In this document: positions 13,601-28,300 of the stretch, piece by piece
How the letters are laid out: the number at the start of each line of letters is the position of its first letter
Numbering within the stretch: position 1 is the stretch's first letter
From: Eledone cirrhosa
Lineage: Eukaryota
Assembly: GCA_964016885.1 (NCBI GenBank)
Contig: OZ024741.1
Location: 264,058,001-264,122,000 of the forward strand
Direction of reading: 5' to 3'
DNA: 64,000 nt
Program-made: the position numbers and the translations under genes
Notes under the pieces: generated by a model
Seen by the model: only the letters and a program-made list of their open reading frames with translations
Told to the model about the DNA's origin: nothing
Database searches by the model: none

Positions 13601-16600
13601 TCACCAACTGGGACCACCATGGTGTATGAGTACTGAGGTGGTATTTTACAGACACAGATCTCCTTTTAACTCTCCAGCTATTGACCAACTGGGACCTCTA
13701 TGGTGTATGAGTTCTGAGCTGGTATTTTACAGACACAGTTCTCCTTTTAACTCTCCAGCCATTGACCAACTGGGACCACCATGATGTTTGAGTACTGAGC
13801 TGGTATTTTACAGACACAGATCTCTTTTTAACTCTCCAGCCATTGACCAACTGGGACCAGCATGGTGTATAAGTACTGAGGTGGTATTTTACAGACACAG
13901 ATCTCCTTTTAACTCTCCAGCCATTGACCAACTGGGACCACTATGGTATATAAGTTCTGAGCTGGTATTTTACAGACACAGATCTCCTTTTAACTCTCTA
14001 GCCATTGACCAACTGGGACCACCATGGTGTATGAGTACTGAGCTGGTATTTTACAGACACATATCTCCTTTTAACTCCCCAGCTTTTGACCGACTGGGAC
14101 CACCATGATGTAAGAGTACTGAGCTGGTATTTTACAGACACAGAGCTCCTTTTAACTCTCCAGCTATTGACCAACTGGGACCTCCGTGGTATCTGAGTTC
14201 TGAGGTGGTATTTTACAGACACAGATCTCCTTTTAACTCTCCAGCCATTGACCAACTGGGATCACCATGGTATATAAGTTCTGAGCTGGTATTTTACAGA
14301 CACAGATCTCCTTTTAACTCTCCAGTCATTGACCAACTGGGACCAGCATGGTGTATGAGTACTGAGGTGGTATTTTACAGACACAGATCTGCTTTTACTC
14401 TCCAGCTATTGACCAACTGGAACCTCCATGGTGTTTTAGTTCTGAGCTGGCATTTTACAGACACAGATCTACTTTTAACTCTCCAGCCATTGACCAACTG
14501 GGACCACCATGGTGTATGAGTACTGAGGTCGTATTTTACAGACACAGATCTCCTTTTAACTCCCCAGCCTCTGACCGACTGGGACCACCATGGTATATGA
14601 GTTCTGAGCTGGTAATTTACAGACTCAGATCTCCTTTTAACTCTCCAGCCATTGACCAACTGGGACCACCATGGTGTATGAGTACTGAGGTGGTATTTTA
14701 CAGACAGACATCTCCTTTTAACTCTCCAGCTATTGACCAACTGGGACCTCCATGGTATATGAGTTCTGAGCTGGTATTTTACAGACACGGATCTCCTTTT
14801 AACTCTCCAGCCATTGACCAACTGGGACCACCATGGTGTATGAGTACTGAGGTGGTATTTTACAGACACAGATCTGCTTTTACTCTCCAGCTATTGACCA
14901 ACTGGAACCTCCATGGTGTTTTAGTTCTGAGCTGGCATTTTACAGACACAGATCTACTTTTAACTCTCCAGCCATTGACCAACTGGGACCACCATGATGT
15001 ATGAGTACTGAGCTGGTATTTTACAGACAGAGCACTCTTTGTAACTCTCCAGCCATTGACCAACTGGGATCGCCATGATGTACGAGTACTGAGCTGGTAT
15101 TTTACAGACTCAGATCTCCTTTTAACTCTCCAGCTATTGACCAACTGGGACCTCCATGGTATATGATTTCTGAGCTGGTATTTTACAGACACAGATCTCC
15201 TTTTAACTCTCCTGCCATTGGCCAACTGGGACCACCAAGCTATATGAGTTCTGAGCTGGTATTTTACAGACACAGATCTCCTTTGAACTCTCCAGCCATT
15301 GACCAACTGGGATCACCATGATGTATGAGTACTGAGCTGGTATTTTACAGACTCAGAGCTCCTTTTAACTCTCCAGCTATTGACCAACTGGGACCTCCAT
15401 GGTAAATGAGTTCTGAGCTGGTATTTTACAGACACGGATCTCCTTTTAACTCTCCAGCCATTGACCAACTGGGACCACCATGGTGTATGAGTACTTTGCT
15501 GGTATTTTACAGACACAGATCTCCTTTTACCTATCCAGCTATTGACCAACTGGGACCTCCATGGTGTATGAGTACTGAGGTGGTATTTTACAGACACAGA
15601 TCTCCTTTTAACTCTCCAGCTATTGACCAACTGGGACCACCATGGTGTATGAGTACTGAGGTGCTATTTTACAGACAGAGATCTCCTTTTTACACTCCAG
15701 CCATTGACCAACTGGGACCACCATGGTATATGAGTTCTGAGCTGGTATTTTGCAGACACAGATCTCCTTTTAACTCTCCAGCTATTGACCAACTGGAACC
15801 TCCATGGTGTTTTAGTTCTGAGCTGGCATTTTACAGACACAGATCTACTTTTAACTCTCCAGCCATTGACCAACTGGGACCACCATGATGTATGAGTACT
15901 GAGCTGGTATTTTACAGACACAGCACTCTTTTTAACTCTCCAGCCATTGACCAACTGGGATCGCCATGATGTACGAGTACTGAGCGTGTATTTTACAGAC
16001 TCAGATCTCCTTTTAACTCTCCAGCTATTGACCAACTGGGACCTCCATGGTATATGATTTCTGAGCTGGTATTTTACAGACACAGATCTCCTTTTAACTC
16101 TCCAGCCATTGGCCAACTGGGACCACCATGCTATATGAGTTCTGAGCTGGTATTTTACAGACACAGATCTCCTTTTAACTCTCCAGCCATTGACCAACTG
16201 GGACCACCATGATGTATGAGTACTGAGCTGGTATTTTACAGACTCAGAGCTCCTTTTAACTCTCCAGCTATTGACCAACTGGGACCTCCGTGGTATACGA
16301 GTTCTGAGCTGGTATTTTACAGACACAGATCTCCTTTTAACTCTCCAGCCATTGACCAATTGGGACCATCATGGTGTATGAGTACTGAGGTGGTATTTTA
16401 CAGACACAGATCTCCTTTTAACTATCCAACTATTGACCAACTGGGACTTCCATGGTGTATGAGTACTTTGCTGGTATTTTACAGATACAGATCACCTTTT
16501 ACCTATCCAGCTATTGACCAAGTGGGACCTCCATGGTGTATGAGTTCCGAGCTGGTATTTTACAGACACAGATCTACTTTTAACTCTCCATCTATTGACC

Positions 16601-17400
16601 AACTGGGACCACCATGATGTATGAGTACTGAGCTGGTATTTTACAGACACAGATCACCTTTGAACTCTCCAGCTATTGACCAACTGGGACCTCCATGGTG
16701 TATGAGTACTGAGGTGGTATTTTACAGACACAGATCTCCTTTTAACTCTCCAGCTATTGACCAACTGGGACCACCATGGTGTATGAGTACTGAGGTGGTA
16801 TTTTTCAGACAGAGATCTCCTTTTTACACTCCAGCCATTGACCAACTGGGACCACCATGGTATATGAGTTCTGAGCTGGTATTTTGCAGACACAGATCTC
16901 CTTTTAACTCTCCAGCTATTCACCAACTGGGACCACCATGGTGTATGAGTACTTTGCTGGTATTTTACAGACACATATCTGCTTTTAACTCTCCAGCTAT
17001 TGACCAACTGGAACCTCCATGGTGTTTTAGTTCTGAGCTGGCATTTTACAGACACAGATCTACTTTTAACTCTCTAGCCATTGACCAACTGGGACCACCA
17101 TGATGTATGAGTACTGAGCTGGTATTTTACAGACACAGCACTCTTTTTAACTCTCCAGCCATTGACCAACTGGGATCGCCATGATGTACGAGTACTGAGC
17201 TGGTATTTTACAGACTCAGATCTCCTTTTAACTCTCCAGCTATTGACCAACTGGGACCTCCATGGTATATGATTTCTGAGCTGGTATTTTACAGACACAG
17301 ATCTCCTTTTAACTCTCCAGCCATTGGCCAACTGGGACCACCATGCTATATGAGTTCTGAGCTGGTATTTTACAGACACAGATCTCCTTTTAACTCTCCA
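7640..17400. repeat. Mosaic HOR domain with 53/54-monomer duplication and reshuffled sub-blocks
   Basis: Matching ORFs at 7877/12168 (4291=53x81-2), 9011/13383 (4372) and 11115/16621 (5506=68x81-2). Markers GGACGACC, TTTGCAAACAC and GGAATATG occur at both ~7.9-8.5 kb and ~12.2-12.8 kb. The GGATCGCC/AGCACTCTT block recurs several times. Confidence 0.75.
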
Positions 17401-17559
17401 GCCATTGACCAACTGGGACCACCATGATGTATGAGTACTGAGCTGGTATTTTACAGACACAGATCTCCTTTTAACTATCCAACTATTGACCAACTGGGAC
17501 TTCCATGGTGTATGAGTTCTGAGCTGGTATTTTACAGACACAGCTCTCCTTTTAACTCT

Positions 17560-20500
17560 CTAGCCATTGACCAACTGGGACCTCCATGTTGTATGAGTTC
17601 TGAGCTGGTATTTTACAGACACAGATCTCCTTTTATTCTCCAGCTATTGACCAACTGGGACCTCCATGGTGTATGAGTACTGAGCTGGTATTTTACAGAC
17701 ACAGATCTCCTTTTAACTCTCCAGCCATTGACCAACTGGGACTACCATGGTGTATGAGTACTGAGTTGGTATTTTACAGACACAGATCTCCTTTTAACTC
17801 TCCAGCCATTGACCAACTGGGACCAACATGACGTATGAGTACTGAGGTGGTATTTAACAGAAACAGATCTCCTTTTAACTCTCCAGCCATTGACCAACTG
17901 TGACCACCATGATGTATGAGTACTGAGGTGGTATTTTACAGAAACAGATCTCCTTTTAACTCTCCAGCTATTGACCAACTGTGACCTCCATGGTATATGA
18001 GATCGGAGCTGGTATTTTACAGACAGAGATCTCCTTTTAACTCTCCAGCCATTGACAAACTGGGACCACCATGGTATATGAGTACTGAGGTGGTATTTTA
18101 CAGACACAGATCTGCTTTTAACTCTCCAGCTATTGACCAACTGGAACATCCATGTTGTTTTAGTTCTGAGCTGGTATTTTACAGACACAGATCTACTTTT
18201 AACTCTCCAGCCATTGACCAACTTGGACCACCATGATTTATGAGTTCTGAGTTGGTATTTTACAGACACAGCTCTCCTTTTAACTCTCCAGCTATTGACC
18301 AACTGGGACCTCCATGGTATATGAGTACTGAATGGTATTTTACAGAATCAGATCTCCTTTTAACTCTCCAGCCATTGACCAACTGGGACCACCATGATAT
18401 ATGAGTAGTGAGCTGGTATTTTACAGACACGGATCTCCTTTGAACTCTCCAGCCATTGACCAACTGGGACCACCATGATGTACGAGTACTGAGCTGGTAT
18501 TTTAAAGACACAGATCTCCTTTTAACTCTCCAGCCATTGACCAACTGGGACCACCATGTTATATGGGTTCTGAGCTGGTATTTTGCAGACTCAGATCTCC
18601 TTTTAACTCTTCAGCTATTGACCAACTGGAACCTCCATGGTATATGAGTTCTGAGCTGGTATTTTACAGACACAGATCTCCTTTTAACTCTCCAGCCATT
18701 GACCAACTGGGACCACCATGGTGTATGAGTACTGAGGTGGTATATTACAGAAACAGATCACCTTTTAACGCTCCAGCCATTGACCAACTGGGACCACCAT
18801 GGTGTATGAGTACTTTGCTGGTATTTTACAGATTCAGAGCTCCTTTTAACTCTCCAGGTATTGACCAACTGGGACGTCCGTGGTATATGAGTTCTGTGCT
18901 GGTATTTTACAGACACAGATCTCCTTTTAACTCTCCAGGCCTTGACCAACTGGGACCACCATGGTATGTAAGTTCTGAGCTGGTATTTTACAGACACAGA
19001 TTACCTTTTAACTCTCCAGCTATTGACCAACTGGGACCTCCATGGTGTATGAGTACTGAGGTGGTATTTTACAGACACAGATCTCCTTTTAACTCTCCAG
19101 CTATTGACCAACTGGGACCACCATGGTGTATGAGTACTGAGGTGGTATTTTACAGACAGAGATCTCCTTTTTACACTCCAGCCATTGACCAACTGGGACC
19201 ACCATGGTATATGAGTTCTGAGCTGGTATTTTGCAGACACAGATCTCCTTTTAACTCTCCAGCTATTCACCAACTGTGACCACCATGGTGTATGAGTACT
19301 TTGCTGGTATTTTACAGACACAGATCTCCTTTTAACTCTCCAGCTATTGACCAACTGGGACCTCCATGGTGTATGAGTTCTGAGCTGGTATTTTACAGAC
19401 ACAGTTCTCCTTTTAACTCTCCAGCCATTGACCAACTGGGACCTCCATGTTGTACGAGTTCTGAGCTGGTATTTTACAGACACAGATCTCCTTTTATTCT
19501 CCAGCTATTGACCAACTGGGACCTCCATGGTGTATGAGTACTGAGTTGGTATTTTACAGACACAGATCTCCTTTTAACTCTCCAGCCATTGACCAACTGG
19601 GACCAGCATGATGTATGAGTACTGAGGTGGTATTTAACAGAAACAGATCTCCTTTTAACTCTCCAGCTATTGACCAACTGGGACCTCCATGGTATATGAG
19701 ATCGGAGCTGGTATTTTACAGACACAGATCTCCTTTTAACTCTCCAGCCATTGACCAACTGTGACCACCATGATGTATGAGTACTGAGGTGGTATTTTAC
19801 AGAAACAGATCTCCTTTTAACTCGCCAGCTATTGACCAACTGTGACCTCCATGGTATATGAGATCGGAGCTGGTATTTTACAGACAGAGATCTCCTTTTA
19901 ACTCTCCAGCCATTGACAAACTGGGACCACCATGGTATATGAGTACTGAGGTGGTATTTTACAGACACAGATCTGCTTTTAACTCTCCAGCTATTGACCA
20001 ACTGGAACATCCATGTTGTTTTAGTTCTGAGCTGGTATTTTACAGACACAGATCTACTTTTAACTCTCCAGCCATTTACCAACTTGGACCACCATGATGT
20101 ATGAGTTCTGAGTTGGTATTTTACAGACACAGCTCTCCTTTTAACACTCCAGCTATTGACCAACTGGTACGAGCATGGTGTATGAGTACTGAGCTGGTAT
20201 TTTACAGACACAGATCTCCTTTTAACTCTCCAGCTATTGACCAACTGGGACCTCCATGGTATATGAGTACTGAATGGTATTTTACAGAATCAGATCTCCT
20301 TTTAACTCTGCAGCCATTGACCAACTGGGACCACCATGATGTACGAGTACTGAGCTGGTATTTTAAAGACACAGATCTCCTTTTAACTCTCCAGCCATTG
20401 ACCAACTGGGACCACCATGTTATATGGGTTCTGAGCTGGTATTTTACAGACTCAGATCTCCTTTTAACTCTTCAGCTATTGACCAATTGGAACCTCCATG

Positions 20501-21230
20501 GTGTATGAGTACTGAGGTGGTATATTACAGAAACAGATCACCTTTTAACGCTCCAGCCATTGACCAACTGGGACCACCATGGTGTATGAGTAATTTGCTG
20601 GTATTTTACAGACACAGATCTCCTTTTAACTATCCAGCTATTGACCAACTGGGACCTCCATGGTGTATGAGTTCCGAGCTGGTATTTTAAAGACACAGAT
20701 CTCCTTTAAACTCTCCAGCCATTGACCAACTGGGACCACCATGATGTATGAGTACTGAGCTAGTATTTTACAGACTCACAGCTCCTTTTAACTCTCCAGG
20801 TATTGACCAACTGGGACCTCCGTGGTATATGAGTTCTGTGCTGGTATTTTACAGACACAGATCTCCTTTTAACTCTACAGGCCTTGACCAACTGGGACCA
20901 CCATGGTATGTAAGTTCTGAGCTGGTATTTTACAGACACAGATCACCTTTTAACTCTCCAGCTATTGACCAACATGTACCTCCATGGTGTATGAGTACTG
21001 AGGTGGTATTTTACAGACACAGATCTCCTTTTAACTCTCCAGCTATTGACCAACTGGGACCACCATGGTGTATGAGTACTGAGGTGGTATTTTACAGACA
21101 GAGATCTCCTTTTTACACTCCAGCCATTGACCAACTGGGACCACCATGGTATATGAGTTCTGAGCTGATATTTTGCAGACACAGATCTCCTTTTAACTCT
21201 CCAGCTATTCACCAACTGTGACCACCATGG
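17560..21230. repeat. Diverged ~23-monomer HOR (1861 bp offset), ~2 copies
   Basis: ORFs 17997/19858 and 18563/20424 are offset by 1861=23x81-2. Shared markers: TATTTAACAGAAAC, ACTGAATGGT deletion, TTTAACGCTCC, TCTGTGCTG. Confidence 0.8.
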
Positions 21231-22269
21231 TGTATGAGTTCTGAGCTGGTATTTTACAGACACAGATCTCTTTTTAACTCTCCAGCCATTGACCAACTGG
21301 GACCAGCATGGTGTATGAGTACTGAGGTGGTATTTTACAGACACAGATCTCCTTTTAACTCTCCAGCCATTGACCAACTGGGATCACCATGGTACATAAG
21401 TTCTGAGCTGGTATTTTACAGACACAGATCTCCTTTTAACTCTCCAGCTATTGACCAACTGGGACCAACATGGTGTAGGAGTACTGCGGTGGTATTTTAC
21501 AGACACAGATCTCCTTTTAAGTCTCCAGCCATTGACCAACTGGGACCACCATGGTGTATGAGTACTGAGGTCGTATTTTACAGACACAGATCTCCTTTTA
21601 ACTCCCCAGCCTCTGACCGACTGGGACCACCATGGTATATGAGTTCTGAGCTGGTATTTTACAGACTCAGATCTCCTTTTAACTCTCCAGCTATTGACCA
21701 ACTGGGACCTCCATGGTATATGACTTCTGAGCTGGTATTTTACAGACACGGATCTCCTTTTAACTCTCCAGGCATTGACCAACTGGGACCACCATGGTGT
21801 ATGAGTACTGAGCTGGTATTTTACAGACACAGATCTGCTTTTAACTCTCCAGCTATTGACCAACTGGGACCACCATGATGTATGAGTACTGAGCTGGTAT
21901 TTTACAGACACAGCACTCTTTTTAACTCTCCAGCCATTGACCAACTGGGATCGCCATGATGTACGAGCACTGAGCTGGTATTTTACAGACTCAGATCTCC
22001 TTTTAACTCTCCAGCTATTGACCAACTGGGACCTCCATGGTATATGATTTCTGAGCTGGTATTTTACAGACACAGATCTCCTTTTAACTCTTCAGACATT
22101 GGCCAACTGGGACCACCATGGTATATGAGTTCTGAGCTGGTATTTTACAGACACAGATCTCCTTTTAACTCTCCAGCCATTGACCAACTGGGACCACCAT
22201 GGTGTATGAGTACTTTGCTGGTATTTTACAGACAGAGATCTCCTTTTAACTCTCCAGCCATTGACAAAC

Positions 22270-25200
22270 TGGGACCAGCATGGTGTATGAGTACTGAGGT
22301 GGTATTTTACAGACACAGATCTCCTTTTAACTATCCAGCTATTGTCCAACTGGGACCTCCATGGTGTATGAGTACTGAGCTGGTATTTTACAGACACAGA
22401 TCTCCTTTTAACTCTACAGCCATTGACCAACTGGGACCACCATGATGTATGAGTACTGAGCTCGTATTTTACAGACTCAGAGCTCCTTTTATCTCTCCAG
22501 CTATTGATCAACTGGGACCTCCGTGGTATATGAGTTCTGAGCTGGTATTTTACAGACACAGATCTCCTTTTAACTCTCCAGCCATTGACCAACAGGGTCC
22601 ACCATTGTGTATGAGTACTGAGGTGGTATTTTACAGACACAGATCTCCTTTTAATTCTCCAGCCATTGACCAAGAAGGACCTCCATGGTGTATGAGTACT
22701 GAGCAGGTATTTTGCAGACACAGATCTTTTAACTCTCCAGCCATTGACCAACTGGGACTTCCATGGTGTTACAATACTGAGCTGGTATTTTACAGACACA
22801 TATCTCCTTTCAACTCTCCAGCCATTGACCAACTGGGACCACCATGGTGTATTAGTAATGAGGTGGTATTTTACAGACACAGATATCCTTTTAACTCTCC
22901 AGCCATTGACCAACTGGGACCACCATGGTGTATGAGTACTGAGGTGCTATTTTACAGACACTGATCTCCTTTTAACTCTCCAGCTATTGACCAACTGGGA
23001 CCTCCATGGTATATGAGTTCTGAGCTGGTATTTTACAGACACAGATCTCCTTTTAACTCTCCAGCCATTGAGCAATTGGGACCACCATGATGTATGAGAA
23101 CTGAGCTGGTATTTTACAGACTCAGATCTCCCTTTAACTCTCCAGCCATTGACCAACTGGGACCACCATGGTGTATGAATACTGAGCTGGTATTTTACAG
23201 ACACAGATCTGCTTTTAACTCTCCAGCTATTGACCAACTGGGACCACCATGATGTATGAGTACTGAGCTGGTATTTTACAGACACAGCACTCTTTTTAAC
23301 TCTCCAGCCATTGACCAACTGGGATCGCCATGATGTACGAGCACTGAGCTGGTATTTTACAGACTCAGATCTCCTTTTAACTCTCCAGCTATTGACCAAC
23401 TGGGACCTCCATGGTATATGATTTCTGAGCTGGTATTTTACAGACACAGATCTCCTTTTAACTCTTCAGACATTGGCCAACTGGGACCACCATGGTATAT
23501 GAGTTCTGAGCTGGTATTTTACAGAATCAGATCTCCTTTTAACTCTCCAGCATTGACCAACTGGGACCACCATGATGTACGAGTACTGAGCTGGTATTTT
23601 AAAGACACAGATCTCCTTTTAACTCTCCAGCCATTGACCAACTGGGACCACCATGTTATATGGGTTCTGAGCAGGTATTTTACAGACTCAGATCTCCTTT
23701 TAACTCTTCAGCTATTGACCAACTGGAACCACCATGGTATATGAGTTCTGAGCTGGTATTTTACAGACACAGATCTCCTTTTAACTCTCCAGCCATTGAC
23801 CAACTGGGACCACCATGGTGTATGAGTACTTTGCTGGTATTTTACAGACACAGATCTCCTTTTAACTATCCAGCTATTGACCAACTGGGACCTCCATGGT
23901 ATATGAGTTCTGAGCTGGTATTTTACAGACACAGATCTTCTTTTAACTCTCCAGGCCTTGACCAACTGGGACCACCATGGTATGTAAGTTCTGAGCTGGT
24001 ATTTTACAGACACAGATCACCTTTTAACTCTCCAGCTATTGACCAACTGGGACCTCCATGGTGTATGAGTACTGAGGTGGTATTTTACAGACACAGATCT
24101 CCTTTTAACTCTCCAGCTATTGACCAACTGGGACCACCATGGTGTATGAGTACTGAGGTGGTATTTTACAGACAGAGATCTCCTTTTTACACTGCAGCCA
24201 TTGACCAACTGGGACCACCATGGTATATGAGTTCTGAGCTGGTATTTTACAGACACATATCTCCTTTTAACTCCCCAGCTTTTGACCGACTGGGACCACC
24301 ATGATGTATGAGTACTGAGCAGGTATTTTGCAGACTCAGAGCTCCTTTTAACTCTCCAGCTATTGACCAACTGGGACCTCCGTGGTATATGAGTTCTGAG
24401 GTGGTATTTTACAGACACAGATCTCCTTTTAAATCTCCAGCCATTGACCAACTGGGACCAGCATGGTGTATGAGTACTGAGGTGGTATTTTACAGACACA
24501 GATCTCCTTTTAACTATCCAGCTATTGTCCAACTGGGACCTCCATGGTGTATGAGTACTGAGCTGGTATTTTACAGACACAGATCTCCTTTTAACTCTAC
24601 AGCCATTGACCAACTGGGACCACCATGATGTATGAGTACTGAGCTCGTATTTTACAGACTCAGAGCTCCTTTTATCTCTCCAGCTATTGATCAACTGGGA
24701 CCTCCGTGGTATATGAGTTCTGAGCTGGTATTTTACAGACACAGATCTCCTTTTAACTCTCCAGCCATTGACCAACAGGGTCCACCATTGTGTATGAGTA
24801 CTGAGGTGGTATTTTACAGACACAGATCTCCTTTTAATTCTCCAGCCATTGACCAAGAAGGACCTCCATGGTGTATGAGTACAGAGCAGGTATTTTGCAG
24901 ACACAGATCTTTTAACTCTCCAGCCATTGACCAACTGGGACTTCCATGGTGTTACAATACTGAGCTGGTATTTTACAGACACATATCTCCTTTCAACTCT
25001 CCAGCCATTGACCAACTGGGACCACCATGGTGTATTAGTAATGAGGTGGTATTTTACAGACACAGATATCCTTTTAACTCTCCAGCCATTGACCAACTGG
25101 GACCACCATGGTGTATGAGTACTGAGGTGCTATTTTACAGACACTGATCTCCTTTTAACTCTCCAGCTATTGACCAACTGGGACCTCCATGGTATATGAG

Positions 25201-25385
25201 TTCTGAGCTGGTATTTTACAGACACAGATCTCCTTTTAACTCTCCAGCCATTGAGCAATTGGGACCACCATGATGTATGAGAACTGAGCTGGTATTTTAC
25301 AGACTCAGATCTCCCTTTAACTCTCCAGCCATTGACCAACTGGGACCACCATGGTGTATGAATACTGAGCTGGTATTTTACAGAC
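22270..25385. repeat. ~930-bp (11.5-monomer) segment duplicated at 27-monomer spacing (2183 bp)
   Basis: 22270-23202 matches 24453-25385 (ORFs 22449/24632 identical; 2183=27x81-4). The intervening sequence is a mosaic of neighbouring blocks (ORFs 22044/23418 offset 1374). Confidence 0.85.
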
Positions 25386-28300
25386 TCAGATCTCCTTTTA
25401 ACTATCCAGCTATTGACCAACTGGGACCTCCATGGTGTATGAGTTCCGAGCTGGTATTTTACAGACACAGATCTCCTTTTAACTCTCCAGCCATTGACCA
25501 ACTGGGACTACCATGGTGTATGAGTACTGAGGTGGTATTTTACAGACACAGATCTCCTTTTAACTCTCCAGCCATTGACCAACTGGGACCACCATGATGT
25601 ATGAGTACTGAGGTGGTATTTTACAGAAACAGATCTCCTTTTAACTCTCCAGCTATTGACCAACTGTGACCTCCATGGTATATGAGATCGGAGCTGGTAT
25701 TTTACAGAATCAGATCTCCTTTTAACTCTCCAGCATTGACCAACTGGGACCACCATGATGTACGAGTACTGAGCTGGTATTTTAAAGACACAGATCTCCT
25801 TTTAACTCTCCAGCCATTGACCAACTGGGACCACCATGTTATATGGGTTCTGAGCAGGTATTTTACAGACTCAGATCTCCTTTTAACTCTTCAGCTATTG
25901 ACCAACTGGAACCACCATGGTATATGAGTTCTGAGCTGGTATTTTACAGACACAGATCTCCTTTTAACTCTCCAGCCATTGACCAACTGGGACCACCATG
26001 GTGTATGAGTACTGAGGTGGTATATTACAGAAACAGATCACATTTTAACTCTCCAGCCATTGACCAACTGGGACCACCATGGTGTATGAGTACTTTGCTG
26101 GTATTTTACAGACACAGATCTCCTTTTAACTATCCAGCTATTGACCAACTGGGACCTCCATGGTGTATGAGTTCCGAGCTGGTATTTTACAGACACAGAT
26201 CTCCTTTTAACTCTCCAGCCATTGGCCAACTGGGACCACCATGATGTATGAGTACTGAGCTAGTATTTTACAGACTCAGAGCTCCTTTTAACTCTCCAGG
26301 TATTGACCAACTGGGACCTCCGTGGTATATGAGTTCTGAGCTGGCATTTTACAGACACAGATCTTCTTTTAACTCTCCAGGCCTTGACCAACTGGGACCA
26401 CCATGGTATGTAAGTTCTGAGCTGGTATTTTACAGACACAGATCACCTTTTAACTCTCCAGCTATTGACCAACTGGGACCTCCATGGTGTATGAGTACTG
26501 AGGTGGTATTTTACAGACACAGATCTCCTTTTAACTCTCCAGCTATTGACCAACTGGGACCACCATGGTGTATGAGTACTGAGGTGGTATTTTACAGACA
26601 GAGATCTCCTTTTTACACTCCAGCCATTGACCAACTGGGACCACCATGGTATATGAGTTCTGAGCTGGTATTTTACAGACACATATCTCCTTTTAACTCC
26701 CCAGCTTTTGACCGACTGGGACCACCATGATGTATGAGTACTGAGCAGGTATTTTGCAGACTCAGAGCTCCTTTTAACTCTCCAGCTATTGACCAACTGG
26801 GACCTCCGTGGTATATGAGTTCTGAGGTGGTATTTTACAGACACAGATCTCCTTTTAAATCTCCAGCCATTGACCAACTGGGACCAGCATGGTGTATGAG
26901 TACTGAGGTGGTATTTTACAGACACAGATCTCCTTTTAACTCTCCAGCCATTGACCAACTGGGACCACCATGGTGTATGAGTACTGAGGTCGTATTTTAC
27001 AGACACAGATCTCCTGTTAAATCCCCAGCCTCTGACCGACTGGGACCACCATGGTATATGAGTTCTGAGCTGGTATTTTACAGACTCAGATCTCCTTTTA
27101 ACTCTCCAGCCATTGACCAACTGGGACCACCATGGTGTATGAGTACTGAGGTGGTATTTTACAGACAGACATCTCCTTTTAACTCTCCAGCTATTGACCA
27201 ACTGGGACCACCATGGTGTATGAGTACTGAGCTGGTATTTTACAGACACAGATCTGCTTTTAACTCTCCAGCTATTGACCAACTGGAACCTCCATGGTGT
27301 TTTAGTTCTGAGCTGGCATTTTACAGACACAGATCTACTTTTAACTCTCCAGCCATTGACCAACTGGGACCACCATGATGTATGAGTACTGAGCTGGTAT
27401 TTTACAGACACAGCACTCTTTTTAACTCTCCAGCCATTGACCAACTGGGATCGCCATGATGTACGAGCACTGAGCTGGTATTTTACAGACTCAGATCTCC
27501 TTTTAACTCTCCAGCTATTGACCAACTGGGACCTCCATGGTATATGATTTCTGAGCTGGTATTTTACAGACACAGATCTCCTTTTAACTCTTCAGCCATT
27601 GGCCAACTGGGACCACCATGGTGTATGAGTTCTGAGCTTGTATTTTACAGACACAGATCTCCTTTTAACTCTCCAGCCATTGACCAACTGGGACCACCAT
27701 GGTGTATGAGTACTTTGCTGGTATTTTACAAACACAGATCTCCTTCTAACTATCCAGCTATTGACCAACTGGGACCTCCATGGTGTATGAGTACTGAGGT
27801 GGTATTTTACAGAAACAGATCTCCTTTTAACTCTCCAGCTATTGATCAACTGGGACCACCATGATGTACGAGTACTGAGCTGGTATTTTACAGACAGATA
27901 TCTCCTTTTTACACTGCAGCCATTGACCAACTGGGACCAGCATGGTGTATGAGTACTGAGGTGGTATTTTACAGACACAGATCTCCTTTTAACTATCCAG
28001 CTATTGTCCAACTGGGACCTCCATGGTGTATGAGTACTGAGCTGGTATTTTACAGACACAGATCTCCTTTTAACTCTACAGCCATTGACCAACTGGGACC
28101 ACCATGATGTATGAGTACTGAGCTGGTATTTTACAGACTCAGAGCTCCTTTTAACTCTCCAGCTATTGATCAACTGGGACATCCGTGGTATATGAGTTCT
28201 GAGCTGGTATTTTACAGACACAGATCTCCTTTTAACTCTCCAGCCATTGACCAACAGGGTCCACCATTGTGTATGAGTACTGAGGTGGTATTTTACAGAC